Source of the DNA: Utricularia gibba
Taxonomy: Eukaryota; Plantae; Magnoliophyta
NCBI GenBank assembly: GCA_002189035.1
Contig: NEEC01000011.1
Span: 3,360,837 to 3,424,836, forward strand
Reading direction: 5' to 3'
DNA length: 64,000 bases
Below are positions 54,051-64,000 of the stretch, piece after piece (the stretch's first letter is position 1; every line of letters starts with the position of its first letter). The notes below the pieces were generated by a model. The model worked only from the letters and a program-made list of their open reading frames with translations, did not search any database and had not been told where the DNA came from. The translations under genes and the position numbers were made by a program.

Positions 54051-57000
54051 ATTAGCCTTCAATTGTGCCACAAAGTGGCCACGACGTTCGCGATGATGCG
54101 ACCTCGGACTTCCGATTCGACGCGAATGGGTTTTCTCGCATTCAAGACATATGGATTTCATTGGAAGGTATGAAATTTTTGTTTTAGAGGCGAACCTTAC
54201 AATGCCACGGTGTGTTCCAACCCACACCTGATGCAGGCCTCGTGCACATTCCGTATTTTGTAAATATCTTGAAAACCGTGATGAGCCTTGTTGCACACGA
54301 CACACCGTTTCGAAGCTCATTCCAGAGCGGTCATCTTCCGTTTTTGAAGCTTCGTCGTCCGACGATGTATCAGAGATCGAATTATTGCCTTATATTAGCT
54401 TCAATTGTGCCACAAAGTGGCCACGACGTACGCGATGATGCGACTCGGGGCTTCCAATTCGACGCAAATGTGATTTCTCGCTTGCAAAAGATATGCATTT
54501 CATTGGAAGGTGTGAAATTTTTGTTTTTGAGGCGATCCCTTACAATGGCACGGTTGTGTTCCAACCCACACCTGATGCAGGCCTCGTGCACCATTCCGTA
54601 TTTTATCGATATCTTGAAAACCGTGATGAGCCACGTTTCACACGACACACCGTTTCGAAGCTCATTCCGAGGCGGTCATCTTCCGTTTCGAAGCTTGTCG
54701 TTCGACAATATATCAGAGCTCGAATTATTGCCTTATATTAGCCTTCAATTGTGCCACAAAGTGGCCACGACGTTCGCGATGATGCGACCTCGGACTTCCG
54801 ATTCGACGCGAATGGGTTTTCTCGCATTCAAGACATATGGATTTCATTGGAAGGTATGAAATTTTTGTTTTAGAGGCGAACCCTTACAATGCCACGAGTG
54901 TGTTCCAACCCACACCTGATGCAGGCCTCGTGCACCATTCCGTATTTTGTAAATATCTTGAAAACCGTGATGAGCCTTGTTGCACACGACACACCGTTTC
55001 GAAGCTCATTCCGAGGCGGTCATCTTCCGTTTGAAGCTTTGTCGTTCGACAATATATCAGAGCTCGAATTATTGCCTTATATTAGCCTTCAATTGTGCCA
55101 CAAAGTGGCCACGACGTTCGCGATGATGCGACCTCGGACTTCCGATTCGACGCGAATGGATTTCTCGCTTCAAATATATGGATTTCATTGGAAGGTATGA
55201 AATTTTTTTTTAGAGGCGAACCCTTACAATGCCACGGTTGTGTTCCAACCCACACCTGATGCAGGCCTCGTGCACCATTCCGTATTTTGTAAATATCTTG
55301 AAAACCGTGATGAGCCTTGTTGCACACGACACACCGTTTCGAAGCTCATTCCGAGGCGGTCATCTTCCGTTTTTGAAGCTTCGTCGTCCGACGATGTATC
55401 AGAGCTCGAATTATTGCCTTATATTAGCCTTCAATTGTGCCACAAAGTGGCCACGACGTTCGCGATGATGCGACCTCGGACTTCCGATTCGACGCGAATG
55501 GGTTTTCTCGCATTCAAGACATATGGATTTCATTGGAAGGTATGAAATTTTTGTTTAAGAGGCGAACCCTTACAATGCCACGGTTGTGTTCCAACCCACA
55601 CCTGATGCAGGCCTCGTGCACCATTCCGTATTTTGTAAATATCTTGAAAACCGTGATGAGCCTTGTTGCACACGACACACCGTTTCGAAGCTCATTCCGA
55701 GGCGGTCATCTTCCGTTTTTGAAGCTTCGTCGTCCGACGATGTATCAGAGATCGAATTATTGCCTTATATTAGCCTTCAATTGTGCCACAAAGTGGCCAC
55801 GACGTCGCGATGATGCGACTCGGGCTTCCAATTCGACGCAAATGTGATTTCTCGCTTGCAAAATATGCATTTCATTGGAAGGTGTGAAATTTGTTTTTGA
55901 GGCGATCCCTTACAATGGCACGGTTGTGTTCCAACCCACACCTGATGCAGGCCTCGTGCACCATTCCGTATTTTATCGATATCTTGAAACCGTGATGAGC
56001 CACGTTGCGCACGACACACGTTTCGAAGCTCATTCTAGGGCGGTCATCTTCCGTTTTGAAGCTTCGTCGTCCGACGATGTATCAGAGATCGAATTATTGC
56101 CTTATATTAGCCTTCAATTGTGCCAAAAAGTGGCCACGACGTTCGCGATGATGCGACCTCGGACTTCCGATTCGACGCGAATTGGATTTCTCGCTTTCAA
56201 AACATATGCATTTCATTGGAAGGTGTGAATTTTTCGTTTTTGAGGCGATCCCTTACAATGCCACGGTTGTGTTCCAACCCACACCTGATGAAGGCCTCGT
56301 GCACCATTCCGTATTTTCTCGATATCTTGAAACCGTGATGAGCCACGTTGCGCACGACACACCGTTTCGAAGCTCATTCCAGGGCGGTCATCTTCCGTTT
56401 TTGAAGCTTCGTCGTCCGACGATGTATCAGAGCTCGAATTATTGCCTTATATTAGCCTTCAATTGTGCCACAAAGTGGCCACGACGTTCGCGATGATGCG
56501 ACCTCGGACTTCCGATTCGACGCGAATGGTTTTCTCGCATTCAAACATATGGATTTCATTGGAAGGTATGAAATTTTTGTTTTAGAGGCGACCCTTACAA
56601 TGCCACGGTGTGTTTCCAACCCACACCTGATGCAGGCCTCGTGCACCATTCCGTATTTTGTAAATATCTTGAAAACCGTGATGAGCCTTTGCACACGACA
56701 CACCGTTTCGAAGCTCATTCCAGAGCGGTCATCTTCCGTTTTGAAGCTTCGTCGTCCGACGATGTATCAGAGATCGAATTATTGCCTTATATTAGCCTTC
56801 AATTGTGCCACAAAGTGGCCACGACGTACGCGATGATGCGACTCGGGCTTCCAATTCGACGCAAATGTGATTTCTCGCTTGCAAAAGATATGCATTTCAT
56901 TGGAAGGTGTGAAATTTTTTTTGAGGCGATCCCTTACAATGCCACGGTTGTGTTCCAACCCACACCTGATGCAGGCCTCGTGCACCATTCCGTATTTTGT

Positions 57001-58826
57001 CGATATCTTGAAAACCGTGATGAGCCACGTTGCACACGACACACCGTTTCGAAGCTCATTCCGAGGCGGTCATCTTCCGTTTCGCAAGCTTTGTCGTTCG
57101 ACAATATATCAGAGCTCGAATTATTGCCTTATATTAGCCTTCAATTGTGCCACAAAGTGGCCACGACGTTCGCGATGATGCGACCTCGGACTTCCGATTC
57201 GACGCGAATGGGTTTTCTCGCATTCAAGACATATGGATTTCATTGGAAGGTATGAAATTTTGTTTAGAGGCGAACCCTTACAATGCCACGAGTGTTCCAA
57301 CCCACACCTGATGCAGGCCTCGTGCACCATTCCGTATTTTGTAAATATCTTGAAAACCGTGATGAGCCTTGTTGCACACGACACACCGTTTCGAAGCTCA
57401 TTCCGAGCGGTCATCTTCCGTTTTGCAAGCTTTGTCGTTCGACAATATATCAGAGCTCGAATTATTGCCTTATATTAGCCTTCAATTGTGCCACAAAGTG
57501 GCCACGACGTTCGCGATGATGCGACCTCGGACTTCCGATTCGACGCGAAATGGTTTCTCGCTTCAAACATATGGATTTCATTGGAAGGTATGAAATTTTT
57601 TTTTAAGAGGCGAACCCTTACAATGCCACGGTTGTGTTCCAACCCACACCTGATGCAGGCCTCGTGCACCATTCCGTATTTTATCGATATCTTGAAAACC
57701 GTGATGAGCCACGTTTCACACGACACACCGTTTCGAAGCTCATTCCAGGCGGTCATCTTCCGTTTCGAAGCTTTGTCGTTCGACAATATATCAGAGCTCG
57801 AATTATTGCCTTATATTAGCCTTCAATTGTGCCACAAAGTGGCCACGACGTTCGCGATGATGCGACCTCGGACTTCCGATTCGACGCAAATGGTTTTCTC
57901 GCATTCAAACATATGGATTTCATTGGAAGGTTGAAATTTTTGTTTAGAGGCGAACCCTTACAATGCCACGGTTGTGTTCCAACCCACACCTGATGCAGGC
58001 CTCGTGCACCATTCCGTATTTCTCGATATCTTGAATACCGTGATGAGCCACGTTGCGCACGACACACCGTTTCGAAGCTCATTCCAGGCGGTCATCTTCC
58101 GTTTTGAAGCTTCGTCGTCCGACAATATATCAGAGCTCGAATTTTGCCTTATATTACCCTTCAATTGTGCCAAAAGTGGCCACGACGTTCGCGATGATGC
58201 GACTCGGACTTCCGATTCGACGCGAATGGGATTTCTCGCTTCAAAACATATGCATTTCATTGGAAGGTGTGAAATTTTTGTTTAGAGGCGACCCTTACAA
58301 TGCCACGGTTGTGTTCCAACCCACCTGATGAAGGCCTCGTGCACCATTCCGTATTTTTCGATATCTTGAAAACCGTGATGAGCCACGTTGCGCACGACAC
58401 ACCGTTTCGAAGCTCATTCCAGGCGGTCATCTTCCGTTTTTGAAGCTTGTCGTCGACAATATCAGAGCTCGAATTATTGCCTTATATTACCCTTCAATTG
58501 TGCCACAAAGTGGCCACGACGTTCGCGATGATGCGACCTCGGACTCCGATTCGACGCGAATGGATTTCTCGCTTTCAAAACATATGATTTCATTGGAAGG
58601 TGTGAAATTTTTGTTTTTGAGGCGATCCCTTACAATGCCACGGTTGTGTTCCAACCCACACCTGATGCAGGCCTCGTGCACCATTCCGTATTTTATCGAT
58701 ATCTTGAAAACCGTGATGAGCCACGTTTCGCACGACACACCGTTTCGAAGCTCATTCCGAGGCGGTCATCTTCCGTTTTGAAGCTTTGTCGTTCGACAAT
58801 ATATCAGAGCTCGAATTATTGCCTAT

Positions 58827-60871
58827 ATTAGCCTTCAATTGTGCCACAAAGTGGCCACGACGTTCGCGATGATGCGACCTCGGACTTCCGATTCGACGCG
58901 AATGGTTTTCTCGCATTCAAGACATATGGATTTCATTGGAAGGTATGAAATTTTTGTTTTAGAGGCGAACCCTTACAATGCCACGTTGTGTTCCAACCCA
59001 CACCTGATGCAGGCCTCGTGCACCATTCCGTATTTTGTAAATATCTTGAAACCGTGATGAGCCTTGTTGCACACGACACACCGTTTCGAAGCTCATTCCA
59101 GAGCGGTCATCTTCCGTTTTTGAAGCTTCGTCGTCCGACGATGTATCAGAGATCGAATTATTGCCTTATATTAGCCTTCAATTGTGCCACAAAGTGGCCA
59201 CGACGTTCGCGATGATGCGACTCGGGCTTCCAATTCGACGCAAATGTGATTTCTCGCTTGCAAAACATATGCATTTCATTGGAAGGTGTGAAATTTTGTT
59301 TTTGAGGCGATCCCTTACAATGCCACGGTTGTGTTCCAACCCACACCTGATGCAGGCCTCGTGCACCATTCCGTATTTTATCGATATCTTGAAAACCGTG
59401 ATGAGCCACGTTTCACACGACACACCGTTTCGAAGCTCATTCCAGGCGGTCATCTTCCGTTTGAAGCTTTGTCGTTCGACAATATATCAGAGCTCGAATT
59501 ATTGCCTTATATTAGCCTTCAATTGTGCCACAAAGTGGCCACGACGTTCGCGATGATGCGACCTCGGACTTCCGATTCGACGCGAATGGGTTTTCTCGCT
59601 TCAAGACATATGGATTTCATTGGAAGGTGAAATTTTGTTTTAGAGGCGAACCCTTACAATGCCACGGTGTGTTCCAACCCACACCTGATGCAGGCCTCGT
59701 GCACCATTCCGTATTTTAAATATCTTGAAAACCGTGATGAGCCTTGTTGCACACGACACACGTTTCGAAGCTCATTCCAGAGCGGTCATCTTCCGTTTTT
59801 GAAGCTTCGTCGTCCGACGATGTATCAGAGATCGAATTATTGCCTTATATTAGCCTTCAATTGTGCCACAAAGTGGCCACGACGTTCGCGATGATGCGAC
59901 TCGGGATTCCAATTCGACGCAAATGTGATTTCTCGCTTGCAAAAGATATGCATTTCATTGGAAGGTGTGAAATTTTTGTTTTTGAGGCGATCCCTTACAA
60001 TGCCACGGTTGTGTTCCAACCCACACCTGATGCAGGCCTCGTGCACCATTCCGTATTTTATCGATATCTTGAAAACCGTGATGAGCCACGTTGCACACGA
60101 CACACCGTTTCGAAGCTCATTCCGAGGCGGTCATCTTCCGTTTTGAAGCTTTGTCGTTCGACAATATATCAGAGCTCGAATTATTGCCTTATATTAGCCT
60201 TCAATTGTGCCACAAAGTGGCCACGACGTTCGCGATGATGCGACCTCGGACTTCCGATTCGACGCGAATGGGTTTTCTCGCATTCAAGACATATGGATTT
60301 CATTGGAAGGTATGAAATTTTGTTTTTAGAGGCGAACCCTTACAATGCCACGGTGTGTTCCAACCCACACCTGATGAGGCTCGTGCACCATTCCGTATTT
60401 TGTAAATATCTTGAAAACCGTGATGAGCCTTGTTGCACACGACACACCGTTTCGAAGCTCATTCCAGAGCGGTCATCTTCCGTTTTTGAAGCTTCGTCGT
60501 CGACGATGTATCAGAGATCGAATTATTGCCTTATATTAGCCTTCAATTGTGCCACAAAGTGGCCACGACGTACGCGATGATGCGACTCGGGCTTCCAATT
60601 CGACGCAAATGTGATTTCTCGCTTGCAAAACATATGCATTTCATTGGAAGGTGTGAAATTTTTGTTTTTGAGGCGATCCCTTACAATGCCACGGTTGTGT
60701 TCCAACCCACACCTGATGAAGGCCTCGTGCACCATTCCGTATTTTCGATATCTTGAAAACCGTGATGAGCCACGTTCGCACGACACACCGTTTCGAAGCT
60801 CATTCCGAGGCGGTCATCTTCCGTTTTGAAGCTTGTCGTTCCAAATATCAGAGCTCGAATTATTGCCTTAT
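58827..60871 (+). repeat. Three tandem copies of an X-Y dimer higher-order repeat (~680-690 bp)
   Basis: X starts at 58827/59511/60193 (ggtatg, gaaccc, aaatat, ccttgttgcac, cagagatcg). Y starts at 59170/59849/60535 (gggcttccaatt or a read variant, gcaaatgtg, atgcat, ttgtcgtt back). Confidence 0.8.
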
Positions 60872-63800
60872 ATTAGCCTTCAATTGTGCCACAAAGTGGC
60901 CACGACGTTCGCGATGATGCGACTCGGACTTCCGATTCGACGCGAATGGGTTTTCTCGCATTCAAGACATATGGATTTCATTGGAAGGTATGAAATTTTT
61001 GTTTTAGAGGCGAACCTTACAATGCCACGGTGTGTTCCAACCCACACCTGATGCAGGCCTCGTGCACCATTCCGTATTTTGATATCTTGAAAACCGTGAT
61101 GAGCCGTTGCACACGACACACCGTTTCGAAGCTCATTCCAGAGCGGTCATCTTCCGTTTTGAAGCTTCGTCGTCCGACGATTATCAGAGATCGAATTATT
61201 GCCTTATATTAGCCTTCAATTGTGCCACAAAGTGGCCACGACGTTCGCGATGATGCGACTCGGACTTCCGATTCGACGCGAATGGTTTCTCGCTTCAAGA
61301 CATATGGATTTCATTGGAAGGTATGAAATTTTTGTTTTAGAGGCGAACCTTACAATGCCACGGTTGTGTTCCAACCCACACCTGATGCAGGCCTCGTGCA
61401 CCATTCCGTATTTTGATATCTTGAAAACCGTGATGAGCCTTGTTGCACACGACACACCGTTTCGAAGCTCATTCCGAGGCGGTCATCTTCCGTTTGAAGC
61501 TTGTCGTCGACAATATATCAGAGCTCGAATTATTGCCTTATATTAGCCTTCAATTGTGCCACAAAGTGGCCACGACGTTCGCGATGATGCGACCTCGGAC
61601 TTCCGATTCGACGCGAATGGGTTTCTCGCATTCAAAACATATGGATTTCATTGGAAGGTATGAAATTTTTGTTTAAGGCGAACCCTTACAATGCCACGGT
61701 TGTGTTCCAACCCACACCTGATGCAGGCCTCGTGCACCATTCCGTATTTTGTAAATATCTTGAAAACCGTGATGAGCCTTGTTGCACACGACACACCGTT
61801 TCGAAGCTCATTCCGAGGCGGTCATCTTCCGTTTTTGAAGCTTCGTCGTCCGACGATGTATCAGAGATCGAATTATTGCCTTATATTAGCCTTCAATTGT
61901 GCCAAAGTGGCCACGACGTTCGCGATGATGCGACTCGGGCTTCCGATTCGACGCGAATGGATTTCTCGCTTCAAAACATGCATTTCATTGGAAGGTGTGA
62001 AATTTTTTGTTTTGAGGCGATCCCTTACAATGCCACGGTTGTGTTCCAACCCACACCTGATGCAGGCCTCGTGCACCATTCCGTATTTTTCGATATCTTG
62101 AAACCGTGATGAGCCACGTTGCGCACGACACACCGTTTCGAAGCTCATTCCAGGGCGGTCATCTTCCGTTTTTGAAGCTTCGTCGTCCGACAATATATCA
62201 GAGCTCGAATTTCTTATATTACCCTTCAATTGTGCCACAAAGTGGCCACGACGTTCGCGATGATGCGACCTCGGACTTCCGATTCGACGCGAATGGATTT
62301 CTCGCTTCAAAACATATGCATTTCATTGGAAGGTGTGAAATTTTCGTTTTGAGGCGATCCCTTACAATGCCACGGTTGTGTTCCAACCCACACCTGATGC
62401 AGGCCTCGTGCACCATTCCGTATTTTTCGATATCTTGAAACCGTGATGAGCCACGTTGCGCACGACACACCGTTTCGAAGCTCATTCCAGGCGGTCATCT
62501 TCCGTTTTTGAAGCTTCGTCGTCCGACAATATATCAGAGCTCGAAAATTTCCTTATATTTCCCTTCAATTGTGCCACAAAGTGGCCACGACGTTCGCGAT
62601 GATGCGACCTCGGACTTCCGATTCGACGCGAATGGGATTTCTCGCTTTCAAAACATATGCATTTCATTGGAAGGTGTGAAATTTTTCGTTTTTGAGGCGA
62701 TCCCTTACAATGCCACGGTTGTGTTCCAACCCACACCTGATGCAGGCCTCGTGCACCATTCCGTATTTTGTCGATATCTTGAAAACCGTGATGAGCACGT
62801 TTGCACGACACACCGTTTCGAAGCTCATTCCGAGGCGGTCATCTTCCGTTTGAAGCTTTGTCGTCCGACAATATATCAGAGCTCGAATTATTGCCTTATA
62901 TTAGCCTTCAATTGTGCCACAAAGTGGCCACGACGTTCGCGATGATGCGACCTCGGACTTCCGATTCGACGCGAATGGTTTTCTCGCATTCAAGACATAT
63001 GGATTTCATTGGAAGGTATGAAATTTTTGTTTTAGAGGCGAACCCTTACAATGCCACGGTGTGTTCCAACCCACACCTGATGCAGGCCTCGTGCACCATT
63101 CCGTTTTCGATATCTTGAAAACCGTGATGAGCCTTGTTGCACACGACACACCGTTTCGAAGCTCATTCCGAGGCGGTCATCTTCCGTTTTGAAGCTTTGT
63201 CGTTCGACATGTATCAGAGCTCGAATTATTGCCTTATATTAGCCTTCAATTGTGCCACAAAGTGGCCACGACGTTCGCGATGATGCGACCTCGGACTTCC
63301 GATTCGACGCGAATGGGTTTTCTCTTCAAGACATATGGATTTCATTGGAAGGTATGAAATTTTTGTTTTGAGGCGAACCCTTACAATGCCACGGTGTGTT
63401 CCAACCCACACCTGATGCAGGCCTCGTGCACCATTCCGTATTTTGTAAATATCTTGAAAACCGTGATGAGCCGTTGCACACGACACACCGTTTCGAAGCT
63501 CATTCCGAGCGGTCATCTTCCGTTTTTTGAAGCTTCGTCGTCCGACAATGTATCAGAGCTCGAATTATTGCCTTATATTAGCCTTCAATTGTGCCACAAA
63601 GTGGCCACGACGTTCGCGATGATGCGACCTCGGACTTCCGATTCGACGCGAATGGGTTTTCTCGCATTCAAGACATATGGATTTCATTGGAAGGTATGAA
63701 ATTTTTGTTTAAGAGGCGAACCCTTACAATGCCACGGTTGTGTTCCAACCCACACCTGATGCAGGCCTCGTGCACCATTCCGTTTTGTAAATATCTTGAA

Positions 63801-64000
63801 AACCGTGATGAGCCTTGTTGCACACGACACACCGTTTCGAAGCTCATTCCAGAGCGGTCATCTTCCGTTTTTGAAGCTTCGTCGTCCGACGTATCAGAGA
63901 TCGAATTATTGCCTTATATTAGCCTTCAATTGTGCCACAAAGTGGCCACGACGTCGCGATGATGCGACTCGGGCTTCCAATTCGACGCAAATGTGATTTC

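Larger units (their letters stand above)
1..64000 (+). repeat. Tandem satellite DNA array, ~347-bp monomer, ~185-190 head-to-tail copies, running off both window ends
   Basis: The motif att(a)(g/c)ccttcaattgtgcca recurs throughout, e.g. at 1, 341, 681, 1024, 2045, 2387, 2727, 3066, 12263, 29753, 46186 and 58827. Hand consensus (Z-type, 347 bp): attagccttcaattgtgccacaaagtggccacgacgttcgcgatgatgcgacctcggacttccgattcgacgcgaatgggatttctcgctttcaaaacatatggatttcattggaaggtgtgaaatttttcgtttttgaggcgatcccttacaatgccacggttgtgttccaacccacacctgatgaaggcctcgtgcaccattccgtattttctcgatatcttgaaaaccgtgatgagccacgttgcgcacgacacaccgtttcgaagctcattccagggcggtcatcttccgtttttgaagcttcgtcgtccgacaatatatcagagctcgaattattgccttat. No spacers, inversions or insertions were seen. 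Confidence 0.99.

Noticed and set aside
15-63996. Hundreds of 60-326 aa ORFs on both strands (e.g. PQSGHDVRDDATSDFRFDAN.., FQPTPDAGLVHHSVF..)
   Set aside because: They are the same monomer translated in rotating frames. Length depends on where indels fall, many begin at GTG/TTG, and I recognise no domain. They are not supported as genes.
1-64000. CRISPR array or integron-like cassette array
   Set aside because: There are no unique spacers or cassettes. The entire 347-bp unit is repeated and no cas or integrase gene is present.
1-64000. 5S rDNA, tRNA or snRNA tandem gene array
   Set aside because: I could not recognise a 5S rRNA, tRNA cloverleaf, Pol III A/B/C box set or Sm site in the consensus. 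An Rfam/Infernal scan would be the formal test.
1-64000. Primate alpha satellite or a 171-178-bp dimer (gggatttct and ttcattggaa resemble alphoid words)
   Set aside because: The two halves of the monomer do not align at a ~174-bp offset, there is no intact CENP-B box, and the CpG excess does not fit.
1-64000. Assignment to a named ~340-360-bp satellite family on length alone
   Set aside because: Many unrelated families share this size, and I do not recognise the sequence. It needs a database search.
1-64000. Homopolymer and 1-bp length variants (gaaaacc/gaaacc, ggttgtg/ggtgtg, ggggctt/gggctt, t-run lengths) as subtype markers
   Set aside because: They are deletion-biased and scattered without consistent linkage, typical of long-read error. 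They explain why observed monomers (340-345 bp) are shorter than the 347-bp consensus.
1-64000. Telomeric repeats, G-quadruplex motifs, LTR/TIR ends or target-site duplications
   Set aside because: No TTTAGGG/TTAGGG/TTAGG runs, no four-G-tract motif, and no non-satellite insertion were seen on either strand.

Overview
The whole 64 kb window is one uninterrupted head-to-tail satellite DNA array of about 185-190 monomers, all in the same orientation. Monomers measure about 340-345 bp as written. A hand-built consensus with homopolymers restored is about 347 bp and about 48% GC. I found no gene, RNA gene, mobile element, CRISPR array or unique sequence. Every ORF in the supplied track is the same monomer read in shifting frames. 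I do not recognise the satellite family or organism. The interesting content is the array's internal organisation. About 20 linked SNPs define recurring monomer subtypes (my labels X, Y, Y2, Y*, Z, V). These form short-lived local higher-order repeats (dimers, trimers, a 4-mer) and a 7-monomer block duplicated 20 monomers apart. A clean 46-bp deletion coincides with the first appearance of two alleles. The monomer is CpG-enriched and rich in short dyads. Pervasive homopolymer indels and several garbled patches suggest a noisy long read or unpolished assembly, so single-copy variants are unreliable. All counts were made by eye.
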